Part shown: positions 1 through 9,202 of the stretch, in pieces
Layout: each line of letters starts with the position of its first letter
How positions within the stretch are numbered: the stretch's first letter is position 1
Origin: a bacterium
Lineage (GTDB): Bacteria; Armatimonadota; Fimbriimonadia; Fimbriimonadales; Fimbriimonadaceae
NCBI GenBank assembly: GCA_044508115.1
Contig: JBIQII010000001.1
Span: 1,547,799-1,579,798, forward strand
DNA length: 32,000 nt
Direction of reading: 5' to 3'
Made by a program: the position numbers and the translations under genes
Notes under the pieces: generated by a model
What the model was told of the DNA's origin: nothing
Databases searched by the model: none
What the model saw: only the letters and a program-made list of their open reading frames with translations

Positions 1-2409
1 TTGTCCAAGTTCTACTGCGCAATACTGCTTATAGCTACTCGTAAGTTCTAGCGTGCTCATCCATCCGCCGGGAGAAGCTGCGGCCCGGCTTGGCAACACC
101 AAGCCCGGCCACTGATTCATCACTCGCTGAGCCGTATCACGCGTGACCGGCAGTCGGCCTCGCGACGAATTCAAGAACACCATGACTGCGCCTTCCGTAA
201 GCAACGAGCGAACGTAATACGCCTCGCCCGGTTGGAAACTAGTTGCCGCGACAAATGTGCCGTTTTCACGATTGATCGGATCGGGCACAAAGCGGAAGAA
301 GGTTTGCCCCACAATCGTTCCGGCCCCTTCCGCCCAAGTCGAAATCGCCTGGGTTGAGGTAGTCAGGAGCACATCGGTTGTTGAAGCGGCGCTGGTTCCC
401 GGCACCGTCACCAAATTCCAACCCGGCTTGAGACTCACGGCAATCGGAGTCTTATCGCTTGTGCGTCCGGAATAGTGGCGCGTTCCGGGTGCCGGCGGAC
501 GGATGAAGTAGCCCAATCCTTGTCGGAGCTCGCCTTCATCTGGGTAGTACTGGTACCGACCGGCAAACGAATCCCACCGGGCGACAAGCGTCTGGTCATC
601 AGGCAGTCCAAGCAGGTCCGCCGGATTCGGACGGTACGGATCAACCGCAACGCCGAGCGTCATCAATCGATCCAAAATCGGTTGACTGATCGTCAGATCG
701 GAATCCGGACTGCGGAGATCGACATTGAGATCGCCCCGTCCCTTGTTGAAAATCACGGTCTGAATATTGCCAACCCCGCTCTGCCGAATCGTGAGCGTAA
801 TCCGCTGGGGATTGCGGAAGTTAGGATCGGTGATCTGGGTGCCGAACGCTCCATTTATGATCGGCACCGTGGCGCTTCCGCCACTCCAGGCGATATCCAC
901 CGTCCGGTTGGCCGAAGGGATATCGTAGCCCACGACCGTTCCGTAAGCGTTGTTTGGAAACGGCTTTGCCCCAGTTGAATACGCCCCCGCTGGAAAGTAC
1001 AGCCGAACATTTTTGCCCTGAAATGGCAAATCAACGGCCGTGCGGTAGATCGGGTTCGATCCCCCTTGCGCGGGGAAATTCGGTGCCACCGCCCCGTAAC
1101 CACCCGCAATGGGAATCACGTCATCTTGCGCTGACGTAAAGAACCGCGTGAAGTCGTTACGCCAGTAAATGGGGTAGCTCGTTCCGGCAAGCAGAGTTTC
1201 ATCTCCGTTGGCACTGGTGTTAAACGCATTGAGGACAATTCCGAACACGCCGAAGTCGCTTGTGGCCGGGGTCGCGACAAACGGGAACGCTTCGGGCACC
1301 AACTTGAGACCGGCGTTGATCCGAGTATCGAGAATGAACTGACGCCTTGCCCAATCGGGAAAGCTGTACCCCTCGACCGTGGCCCCCGGCGATCCGGCCA
1401 GAAAATTGATGACCTGCTGGCCCAAAGCGACCAGCGATGCTTCATCCGAAAACGCCGCTGGGTTTACCGTGTATCGCTGATTGAATTCGCGGATGAATCC
1501 CGGATATTCGACCAGAACCTTAAGCCAGGCCGTTCCCGCCATTTTGTAGCGCAGCAGATAGATTCCGCCCGTGCTTCCACCTGCGGGAAGCGGATCGTTT
1601 AAAAGGTTATCGGCGATAAATCGCGGTGCCCCCAACCCCGGATAGTTGCTCCATACGTACACTTCGCTGGCGTCGTACAAACTTTCCAGCGTCTGTTCAA
1701 TCTCATCTGGCGTGCTGTTGGGAATTGTAGAAGGAACCCGCGCGACAGTCACGGTGGCGGCGCGGACCAACCCTTCATTATAGGCATCAAATGGGTATTG
1801 CTTATCGCTCAGGTAAGCGAGAAGCAAGGTGTGAACAAAGTTGATACTGGCGGCGACCGGACTGTTATAGATCGGAAAGCGGATTTCTGGACCACCTGGC
1901 GCATTAGGAATATAGATTCCGCCCGAAACGGCTTGCCGAGCGGGGATGGTGGCATCGTAATTGTAAACGTTGATCGTGTCGGATGACACCGGCAGACCAA
2001 ACACCGCATCCATCGCCGGACCCGCCGAGGTAAACGTGTTCTGTAGTTGCGTTCGATAAAACGACGGGAAAGCTAAGCTCCCGGTAGTCGGAAAGTTCAG
2101 TGTGAGTTCTGACCAGTCGCGCGGATCATTATTGCTTCGATTAATTGGGAGCGGAATTCCGTTTTTGGTGAGGATCACCCGCGTCGGAAGAGTAAATACG
2201 GTTCGGTCGCCGCTCAAGCGACGTCGCGGTTCGGTGAGGATGGCGAGCCGGGTGTTGTGAGCCTTAACGGTCTGTTCTACGATCGCGGCATATTCGGTGG
2301 CACCCCGCGATCCGACTTCGACAAAAAGGTCTCCGGCGGAGGCGAACTGCACCATTCCGGCGCACAAGAGGGCGGCCGAAACCGCCCTCAACACTGCAGA
2401 CTTAGTCAT
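1..2409 (-). CDS. Large secreted protein of unknown function; the 3' end lies beyond the window edge (803 codons visible)
   Basis: This ORF is absent from the ORF track because no stop codon falls inside the window. I checked every in-frame triplet of the minus-strand frame from ATG 2409 down to position 1 and found no stop. GAGG sits 5 nt upstream of the ATG, within 2410-2418. The N-terminus MTKSAVLRAVSAALLCAGMVQFASA looks like a Sec signal peptide. I recognised no catalytic motif such as HExxH or GxSxG. Confidence 0.75.
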   Translation of the reverse strand, partial: MTKSAVLRAVSAALLCAGMVQFASAGDLFVEVGSRGATEYAAIVEQTVKAHNTRLAILTEPRRRLSGDRTVFTLPTRVILTKNGIPLPINRSNNDPRDWSELTLNFPTTGSLAFPSFYRTQLQNTFTSAGPAMDAVFGLPVSSDTINVYNYDATIPARQAVSGGIYIPNAPGGPEIRFPIYNSPVAASINFVHTLLLAYLSDKQYPFDAYNEGLVRAATVTVARVPSTIPNSTPDEIEQTLESLYDASEVYVWSNYPGLGAPRFIADNLLNDPLPAGGSTGGIYLLRYKMAGTAWLKVLVEYPGFIREFNQRYTVNPAAFSDEASLVALGQQVINFLAGSPGATVEGYSFPDWARRQFILDTRINAGLKLVPEAFPFVATPATSDFGVFGIVLNAFNTSANGDETLLAGTSYPIYWRNDFTRFFTSAQDDVIPIAGGYGAVAPNFPAQGGSNPIYRTAVDLPFQGKNVRLYFPAGAYSTGAKPFPNNAYGTVVGYDIPSANRTVDIAWSGGSATVPIINGAFGTQITDPNFRNPQRITLTIRQSGVGNIQTVIFNKGRGDLNVDLRSPDSDLTISQPILDRLMTLGVAVDPYRPNPADLLGLPDDQTLVARWDSFAGRYQYYPDEGELRQGLGYFIRPPAPGTRHYSGRTSDKTPIAVSLKPGWNLVTVPGTSAASTTDVLLTTSTQAISTWAEGAGTIVGQTFFRFVPDPINRENGTFVAATSFQPGEAYYVRSLLTEGAVMVFLNSSRGRLPVTRDTAQRVMNQWPGLVLPSRAAASPGGWMSTLELTSSYKQYCAVELGQ

Positions 2410-2418
2410 AAATCCTCT

Positions 2419-3729
2419 TTAAGGAACGAACGTTCCGATTTCGCTAATCGTTCGACTGTCGAATCCGTTGGCCAATCCCAGAACCACATAGTAGTAGGTG
2501 CGACCGGACTGCAGAGGCGGACCACTGTAGGTCCACGAGAGTCCGGTGGTCGGATTGTTTGCATTCGAAGCGTACGCCTCGCTTGATGCTCCCGCATGAC
2601 CGCTGGGGTAAGTATCGAACACATAGACAATGAACTCTTCGGCGCCCGAACCAGACCGCCAGCGAATCGTGGGTCCGGCGGTAACGCCGTTGAGGTCAAG
2701 TCGGTTGAGCGTATCAACCACGATCCGGTTGCTCAGCTGACTCTCGGTGTTGCCGTATTCGGGATACAGCGTAGACACCGTGCTGATGGCATAGCTGTAA
2801 GTTGAAAGCGGGTTGATGCCCACATCCAGGTAGTAATTTGCGAGCGGATCGAACGAGAGGTCAATCGCCGAAACCGAACCACTGGCTCCGCCCCCCCGAT
2901 AGATGTTAAAGCCGAGCAGGTCGGGAAATTGCATCAGATCCCAGAAGAGTTCCGTTTCCACCGACATATCGGTGCGCAGCGAACGGCCCACCACCTGGGT
3001 GGTTTTGTGCCGTTTATCGTACAGCTTCTTGATAAATTCATACGCGGCCGCATCGTTCGATCGAGTCGGGGGCGGGGTAACCCAGGTGACAGCCCCGATA
3101 TTCGATGGCGGACTAAGCGCGGGGAGTCCGGGGTTCGAAAGAACAAAGTCAACCACCCGGGTCTGATTGCCGCTAATGACGATATCTTCCTGGTCGCTGC
3201 GGTATCCGCGGCCGCTTGCGCTCAGTCGAAACTGAACATTCGCCGGAACATCACGCAATGTATATCGACCCTCTTCGTCGGTGACCGCGCGCTGGCTCGA
3301 TCCGGCCCCCGAATAAGCAAAGACACTCGCGTTCATCAGGGTAAAGCCCTCGCGATCGCGCACAATTCCGGTCACGGTTCCCCGCTGGGAATTTGGGGCG
3401 ACCACGATGTTTACATTGTTTTGCTGCGTGTTCTCCAGGTTAAAAATGGTTGTCCGTCCAAAGTAGCGGACTCCATTGACAAATGCTTCCGCCGTGACTT
3501 CGACATCCCCGTTCGGAATGTTTTGCAAAGCGTAACTTCCGGTTGTCGTCGTGGTGGTGTTTTCGCCTTCACTACGGACCGATGCGCCGCGCATCGGGTT
3601 GAAGTCGATATCGACAACACTGCCCGTAATCGTCGAGGTGCGCGGTCGAACATCGCCGCCACATCCAACAAGAGCGGCCATCCCCAAGGCCGCGATCCCC
3701 CAACAGAAAACACGGTGCAACGATCTCAT
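2419..3729 (-). CDS. Lipoprotein with two carboxypeptidase-regulatory-like domains and FN3-like C-terminal domains
   Basis: The track ORF is 2419-3837. I place the start at ATG 3729 (MRSLHRVFCWGIAALGMAALVGC), which gives a signal peptide plus an L-V-G-C lipobox. The 36 Arg-rich codons upstream overlap the preceding gene. The CarboxypepD_reg-like segments are ITGSVVDIDFNPMRGASV and VTGIVRDREGFTLMNASV...DEEGRYTLRDVP. The FN3-like signatures are GFNIYRGG and GRTYYYVV. Confidence 0.8.
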   Translation of the reverse strand: MRSLHRVFCWGIAALGMAALVGCGGDVRPRTSTITGSVVDIDFNPMRGASVRSEGENTTTTTTGSYALQNIPNGDVEVTAEAFVNGVRYFGRTTIFNLENTQQNNVNIVVAPNSQRGTVTGIVRDREGFTLMNASVFAYSGAGSSQRAVTDEEGRYTLRDVPANVQFRLSASGRGYRSDQEDIVISGNQTRVVDFVLSNPGLPALSPPSNIGAVTWVTPPPTRSNDAAAYEFIKKLYDKRHKTTQVVGRSLRTDMSVETELFWDLMQFPDLLGFNIYRGGGASGSVSAIDLSFDPLANYYLDVGINPLSTYSYAISTVSTLYPEYGNTESQLSNRIVVDTLNRLDLNGVTAGPTIRWRSGSGAEEFIVYVFDTYPSGHAGASSEAYASNANNPTTGLSWTYSGPPLQSGRTYYYVVLGLANGFDSRTISEIGTFVP

Positions 3730-3760
3730 CTGATTTCTTAACGCCTCTCGCCGCCCGTTG

Positions 3761-6337
3761 TTACCGTCCAAAGTTGAACGCCAGCTCAAAGTCGAGCGTC
3801 CGCGCGCGGTACGCCCCCGATTGCTGGAACGGGTCACGGTTGGTAATGTCGCTCAAGTTGTACCGAATGTTGAGCGCAAGGTTCTGCCAAATCTGGTACT
3901 GATAAACCAACGAAAGATCCATGTGGTCTTGGGGAAGATAGCCCGTGATGTTGCCGTAGTTGGCATTGAACATGAGGTTCTGTCTCGAATCCAGACGGTA
4001 GTCGAGCGAAAGATTAAAGGCGAGATTGTCTTGCGCATACTGGCTTCCGCTGGAAAGCAGGAATGATCCTCCTGCCCGATATCCAAACTTGCCGAATTGA
4101 CCGTTGAGAAATCCGTGTAACGAAGTCACGTTCGACCGCACCGGCAGATTCGCAAAGCTCGTATTGCTAAAATCCAGATCGCCGCCCAAATAATGGCCCG
4201 ACCCGAGGTCGTAATCCAGGCCGAGGCTCAGACTTCGGGTCGTGGCATTAGAGCTCACACCGCCGCGCGACTGATAAAGCCCGGCATTGGCGCGCAATCC
4301 AATCCGAGGGGTGGGTTCGTATCGGACAAAGAGGCTGGTTTGACGACCGTTAGTCGCTCCCGCGGTGAAGTGCGAACTCGATCCAGCGGTGAAGCCGTTG
4401 CCGTCAAAGCCCGTCCCGTAACCCGAATTAATCCCCGGCACGTAGTTGACGTTGCCACTATCGCTTTCCGAATGGCTGAGTCGCAAAAAGAAGTTGTCCG
4501 TCGGGGTGTAGCGTGTCGAAAGTTGAACGTCGTGCCCCGTCCCGCTTTGAGTGGGGGTTTTAATCTGGTTAAGCCCCGCGCCCAGGGTGAACTGCCATGC
4601 CCGGCTGGGATCGTAGCTTGTGTTGAGCCTCGTGCTCAGTACGTTCGCCCGCTGATTCCCGCTCACGCTTTGGTGCTCTAAACTTAGACCCGTATTCAAG
4701 CGGCCAAACATCCGGTTTGTGCTGAGCGATGCCACATCGACCCGGGTATCTCCGGCTGCATTCGAAGTATGGGTGCGCGTCAATCCAAACTGGATCGGGA
4801 ACGACAACTTGGGATCACGGGTGAGCGCATAGGTAAAGAAAGATCGCGTGAACCGCGTACGATTCACCGTGGTGCCCGTGCCCGTGTTTGAAAAACTCAG
4901 GATGCTGGAGTTGAAATTCCCCGCCGTGATTTTGCCATCGCGTCCCGCCTTGAGCCCGATGGTGAAATCGTTCGCTCGTTCGTTGCGATTGAATCCAGCG
5001 GACTGAATGCTGACAAAACCTTGTGGGATGTCCCGAAAACCGGCCTGGAGATCCCACGGGCCAATTCCGTACCGAATGTTTGCCCCTCGCGCAGTGCCTG
5101 AGCTCGCCGAGGGTGTATTTCGCGATCGACCGGTGGCTTGGCTGAGCCGGATATCCCCGTTTTTTCCAATCGGAAGCACATAGTCGATTCCCACAACCTC
5201 CCGATCTCCGGGGACATTCTGCGAGGGTCGAGGCGTGTATAAAACGTCGATGGTCGATGTAGCGGGCATAAACCGATTGAAATAGAAAATGCTCGGATTC
5301 CCCGGATCAAAGTAATAGTCCACTCCTTCGGTTTGCAACACGCCATCAACGCGCACAACGATCGGTTGGCCCGGCATGGGTTGAAACTGCAAAAAGTAAG
5401 GCGTACTCGCGGGTCCAAATCCTTGGAACTTCTCGAGCCTTGTGGAAAGTTGGCTTCCCGCTCCGGTCACCTGCCTGGCTCCCACAATGCCGATGGTTCC
5501 CGCCGAGCCCATGTTGTACTGAAGGGATGCCCCTTCGATCCGCCCCGCCGAACCGGCAAAGTTGAACGATTCGTAAGTGGCCACAATCGTGCTGGTGGGC
5601 GGAATGATCTTGCTTTCCAAGGTGGTCCGGTTCAAGAATGTCACCGCCCCAAGATCGTAATCCATCGTGTAATCCTGCCCGAACACCTGCAGGACTCCAT
5701 CGACCTCGATATTTTCCGACCCTCGAATAATCTGATTGCTTTGCAGATAGTAGGGTCCCGCGGAGTTGTTGCCGGGAATCGAAACGGTGCGGGCCTCCCC
5801 TCGGGCTTCGGTGCGCAGCAAACCTACGCGGAGGGGGCCTTTGCGATATCCCATGCTAAGGCCGCTTACGTTATTGGTGACCTGAACGAATCGGTTGCTA
5901 CTGGGCAAAACTCCGCGGATATCGCCGTACTCGGCGGTGAAACCGTTCCGGTCAATCCACAACCGGTATCGCTGCGCTTGCGGATCGGAAAAGCGCGAAT
6001 CCTGAATATTTGCATCAAAATTGAGCAGGTCAAAGACATTGCGGCCTTCGAACCGCAGGTACCCAAGATCGGTGATCCGCCGATCGCCAAAGCCGCCATC
6101 GTTGGTGACGTTGTAGGCTTCGCGGTCGCCATCCACATCGCGAATGTGATAGGCAATCCGACGCTCACCAAAGGCCTTGATTCGGCTGACGACCTTATCT
6201 TTGGTCCATTCAATCACGCTGGATTGCGCCGGAACGATCGCCACCAACAGGCAAGTCGAGGCAACCGCCGCCGTCTTAAACGCCCATGCAGTCACGCAGG
6301 GCCTGAATATTCCCTTGGGCGGCTTCAACTTGTTCAT
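3761..6337 (-). CDS. Outer-membrane beta-barrel-like protein with an N-terminal region and two tandem beta-sandwich-like repeats
   Basis: The track ORF is 3761-6364, but its first codon is TTG. ATG 6337 (MNKLKPPKGIFRPCVTAWAFKTAAVASTCLLVAIVPAQS) or GTG 6295 gives a cleaner signal peptide. All three candidate starts overlap the csaB stop at 6276. The C-terminal ~470 aa consists of short alternating-polarity segments rich in G/S/T/N/Y/R, for example SLSLGLDYDLGSGHYLGGDLDF and LAFNLSLDYRLDSRQNLMFNANYG, and ends LDFELAFNFGR. An internal repeat lies at nt 5570-5758 and 5234-5404. Confidence 0.8.
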   Translation of the reverse strand: MNKLKPPKGIFRPCVTAWAFKTAAVASTCLLVAIVPAQSSVIEWTKDKVVSRIKAFGERRIAYHIRDVDGDREAYNVTNDGGFGDRRITDLGYLRFEGRNVFDLLNFDANIQDSRFSDPQAQRYRLWIDRNGFTAEYGDIRGVLPSSNRFVQVTNNVSGLSMGYRKGPLRVGLLRTEARGEARTVSIPGNNSAGPYYLQSNQIIRGSENIEVDGVLQVFGQDYTMDYDLGAVTFLNRTTLESKIIPPTSTIVATYESFNFAGSAGRIEGASLQYNMGSAGTIGIVGARQVTGAGSQLSTRLEKFQGFGPASTPYFLQFQPMPGQPIVVRVDGVLQTEGVDYYFDPGNPSIFYFNRFMPATSTIDVLYTPRPSQNVPGDREVVGIDYVLPIGKNGDIRLSQATGRSRNTPSASSGTARGANIRYGIGPWDLQAGFRDIPQGFVSIQSAGFNRNERANDFTIGLKAGRDGKITAGNFNSSILSFSNTGTGTTVNRTRFTRSFFTYALTRDPKLSFPIQFGLTRTHTSNAAGDTRVDVASLSTNRMFGRLNTGLSLEHQSVSGNQRANVLSTRLNTSYDPSRAWQFTLGAGLNQIKTPTQSGTGHDVQLSTRYTPTDNFFLRLSHSESDSGNVNYVPGINSGYGTGFDGNGFTAGSSSHFTAGATNGRQTSLFVRYEPTPRIGLRANAGLYQSRGGVSSNATTRSLSLGLDYDLGSGHYLGGDLDFSNTSFANLPVRSNVTSLHGFLNGQFGKFGYRAGGSFLLSSGSQYAQDNLAFNLSLDYRLDSRQNLMFNANYGNITGYLPQDHMDLSLVYQYQIWQNLALNIRYNLSDITNRDPFQQSGAYRARTLDFELAFNFGR

Positions 6338-7352
6338 CGCGTTTGCGTAAAATTTGAGCGGCAATCTTATCTCTATCTTTAATAAAGGATTGAAACTGAG
6401 CGAATAGACGGTCGGCGGTCGCTCCCTGAATATTAGGAGGGGTAGGGAGGCCCATCACGTTCGCGAAAGCCGTTACTTTTGGATCGTAGCTCACCATCAG
6501 GGACGGGATACCCACGGTCGAGGCAAGGATTCCCGCATGCAGACGCATCGCCACCACCGCTTCCATTCGCGCGATGCGCTGCTGAAGCTGGGTCGGAGTG
6601 GTGATCCCCTTAAGGTCAGGAACTTTCCCGCCATGCTTTTTAGCAATGGCTTCGATAATCGCCCGATCTTCCGTATCATCGAGTGCCATCATTACGGGTA
6701 CGTAACCGTTGGAACTGAGCATCCGGACAAAATCACTGAAGGTGTCGACCACACCGCGGGATTTATCTTTGCCGAACGGACGAGCGGAAATTCCGATCGT
6801 TTTCATGCCCGCCACCCCAAACGAAGAAGAATCTTCCCCCTGAGCCGGAGGAGGCGGAAGCAGGAACGCCGAATCTGCCGTGGTGCGTGGATTAGTCTTC
6901 ACGCCAAGCGAGCGGAGCGTGCTCACACTCATCGGATCGCGCACCGCCAGCATATCGACGGCATTAAAGGCGGATCGGGCCATCCGTTTACCAGTCCAGG
7001 TCGTGAGCGGGCCGATGCCTTGGCCGACCATGATTACCTTTTTGCCCGACTTTTTGGCTTGCTGAACCAACTTTGAATAGTAGATCACGCTGCGAACGCT
7101 CGTAACATCCTGAAAAATGCTACCTCCGGGAAAAACAAGCGCATCGCATTCGGCAATTGCATTCTTGAGCGCGCCAAAATCCGACTTGGGCACGCTTTGG
7201 ATGCCGAGTTGACGCATGAGCCGCTCGGGTGAGGAAGAGATCGCCCGGTACTGGTAATTCAGACCTTCGAGTCCAGAGACAAAGCCCTTCAGAACGGCAT
7301 CATCCCCCAAGTTGCCGGCACCAAAATAGCCGGCAAGCAAAAGTTTCGGCAT
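6276..7352 (-). CDS. csaB: Polysaccharide pyruvyl transferase, CsaB type
   Basis: This is a 358-aa protein. The N-terminus MPKLLLAGYFGAGNLGDDAVL matches the characteristic G-x-x-G-x-G-N-L-GD-[DE]-A start of CsaB-family pyruvyl transferases. The size and the later G-MRLHA segment (AVVAMRLHAGILA) also fit the family. Confidence 0.85.
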   Translation of the reverse strand: MPKLLLAGYFGAGNLGDDAVLKGFVSGLEGLNYQYRAISSSPERLMRQLGIQSVPKSDFGALKNAIAECDALVFPGGSIFQDVTSVRSVIYYSKLVQQAKKSGKKVIMVGQGIGPLTTWTGKRMARSAFNAVDMLAVRDPMSVSTLRSLGVKTNPRTTADSAFLLPPPPAQGEDSSSFGVAGMKTIGISARPFGKDKSRGVVDTFSDFVRMLSSNGYVPVMMALDDTEDRAIIEAIAKKHGGKVPDLKGITTPTQLQQRIARMEAVVAMRLHAGILASTVGIPSLMVSYDPKVTAFANVMGLPTPPNIQGATADRLFAQFQSFIKDRDKIAAQILRKRDEQVEAAQGNIQALRDCMGV

Positions 7353-7354
7353 GT

Positions 7355-9202
7355 TTAGTTGTCTTCCCCGGCGGAATTAAGCGGAAGAATACGTGATAAA
7401 ACCGCCCAACCCAAGAGCCCGATTATACACCCCAGTACGTGTCCGGTTACCACTCGGATCACCGTCAGATCGATCGGAGTGTGGAGGTGACAAAAGGTGT
7501 TCACCACACTCGTCTGACCGATCGCTCCTGCCGAAATCAGCGCCGCCGCAATTAACTGTGCCGTCGATCCGACCTGAGCACGTTTCCACCACAACAACCC
7601 GAAAATCAGGGCCGGGTGTCCGATCATAAACTCCTTGGTCCGGGGCCGGACGATGAGAAATCGATCCAGCAGGTTTCGTAGCTTGAGCTCCAATCCGCTC
7701 ACCCCCGCCGGATTATCGTTTCCGGTCCGGCTGGCCATAAAGGCCAGCGCGAACAACACAACCAGTGCGGTAATCAAACCGCGCCACATGATCGGACGCG
7801 CCAGAAGATCATGTACGGATACGATCCGCGAAATCACCACATAGGCCGCACCAAAAATCGGAAAGAATACGACCAACTTAACGCCTGTAAACTGGTCTAA
7901 ATGCAGCATGTACCCGATCCCTGTAAGCAGCCCGGCCACCTGCAATCCCGCCACCAGTGAAAACGCGGAGATTCCGAGATAAGAGAGAATTGGAGCTCGG
8001 TTTGAACGATCACCGAACCAAGCAAATCCAGCAATCGGAATCAAAATTGCCGCGAGCAGCGAGAGCGGCTCTCTCGCCGCCGGAAGATAGGCCGCCGCTC
8101 CGAGTAACCCAAGCACGCCACCCGCGATCATCCGCAACTGAGGCGTAAACCGAGCCCCCAGCAATGCCAGCAATCCGTACAACATGGCTGGAACCAAACT
8201 TATACCGAGTGCCGCTTTGAGAATCGGGTTCGAAGTTGGGTCTTCGAAGGGACGCGCAGGCTTGGCCGCCATGCCTTTCTTATCCAGCTCATCCCGAATT
8301 TTGTCAATCAAATCCGCATACTTGGTGAGGGGCTTATCTGAAGCGGTGGACGACGGGCGGACGAGCAGATATCGGATATTGCGCTCCCGAGCCGCCTTAA
8401 CATATCGTTCGACAATGGCCGTCGGCGACATTCGCACAAGTTCTGCCGCTTGCGCGGCGTGCAACCGAATCACGTTATGCTTAGCCTTTCCGGCCAGCTT
8501 TGCGTCACCAGATATCTTCGCAAATTCTGCCGAAACATAGATAATTCCCTCGCGCTCCAGCTTATCGGCGGTGAGTCCGATTAGCTCATCGTTACCCATA
8601 ACTTCGTCGCCAAGCGGAAGATAGGCCACGGCCCCTTGTCGGGAAATCCGGGAGATGGCGAAATCGAGGTACTCAGGAGTAGTGCCACTGGGATTCCCAA
8701 TTCGCGCTAAAGTCACTAGCCCTGCTTCGCGAGCGGCGCGGACTTCGAATTCGTTGAGCCCGAGTTGGATCGAGCGTAGCCGTTGGGGATCGCGGATGAC
8801 GAACTCTTCCCCTTCGCGGATCGATTGGCCAAATCGCGCCCGATAGCTAGCTTCGATGGCCCCAAGATCGGAATCTAGCCCGCTAAGACGGTAACGCCCG
8901 CCTGGCATCGGATCAAGCTCAATTAATCCGTTGGAAAGCAGCTCGCCCGCGGTGCGCTCGTTGCACGAGACCATTCCGACTCCGGCCTCCGCCAGCTTGC
9001 GATACCCCTCCCCCACTGAGAGCCCCTCGGCCCCCGCGAGATCGGCAGCCGCTTCCGCTTCGACAATAATCGTAACCGCTCGGTTCGATTGCTCCGCTTG
9101 GTAGCGCGAAGCGACGTTGATAATCGACAGGATCGCCGCCGCCACAAGCGATGCTCCCACCAGCCAGGGCGGATTAATCTTCGAACTCACTATCTTCCTC
9201 AA
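7355..9202 (-). CDS. Polytopic membrane protein, DUF5693-like (the family name is recalled from memory, not searched)
   Basis: This is a 615-aa protein. It has one N-terminal TM helix (PPWLVGASLVAAAILSIINV) and an extracytoplasmic domain of about 300 aa. The C-terminal half has many hydrophobic helices and contains VRPRTKEFMIGHPALIFG. It ends 2 nt upstream of the csaB start. From memory, DUF5693 proteins have this architecture and often sit next to csaB. Confidence 0.6.
   Translation of the reverse strand: MRKIVSSKINPPWLVGASLVAAAILSIINVASRYQAEQSNRAVTIIVEAEAAADLAGAEGLSVGEGYRKLAEAGVGMVSCNERTAGELLSNGLIELDPMPGGRYRLSGLDSDLGAIEASYRARFGQSIREGEEFVIRDPQRLRSIQLGLNEFEVRAAREAGLVTLARIGNPSGTTPEYLDFAISRISRQGAVAYLPLGDEVMGNDELIGLTADKLEREGIIYVSAEFAKISGDAKLAGKAKHNVIRLHAAQAAELVRMSPTAIVERYVKAARERNIRYLLVRPSSTASDKPLTKYADLIDKIRDELDKKGMAAKPARPFEDPTSNPILKAALGISLVPAMLYGLLALLGARFTPQLRMIAGGVLGLLGAAAYLPAAREPLSLLAAILIPIAGFAWFGDRSNRAPILSYLGISAFSLVAGLQVAGLLTGIGYMLHLDQFTGVKLVVFFPIFGAAYVVISRIVSVHDLLARPIMWRGLITALVVLFALAFMASRTGNDNPAGVSGLELKLRNLLDRFLIVRPRTKEFMIGHPALIFGLLWWKRAQVGSTAQLIAAALISAGAIGQTSVVNTFCHLHTPIDLTVIRVVTGHVLGCIIGLLGWAVLSRILPLNSAGEDN

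Noticed and set aside
2929-3741. A 270-aa plus-strand ORF, plus other short ORFs in 257-4681.
   Set aside because: They are antisense or out-of-frame shadows of the three minus-strand envelope genes. The minus-strand frames carry signal peptides, a lipobox and domain motifs; these ORFs carry none.
3730-3837. The 36-codon N-terminal extension of the lipoprotein ORF (MTRSSNRGRTARGRSTLSWRS...).
   Set aside because: It overlaps the 3' end of the barrel gene by 77 nt. It is Arg-rich and looks like out-of-frame read-through sequence. The internal ATG 3729 gives a textbook signal peptide and lipobox.
5333-6382. A 349-aa plus-strand ORF.
   Set aside because: It is entirely antisense to the beta-barrel gene and the csaB 3' end. 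Its composition (R/G/P/A-rich, no hydrophobic core pattern) looks like an antisense shadow frame.
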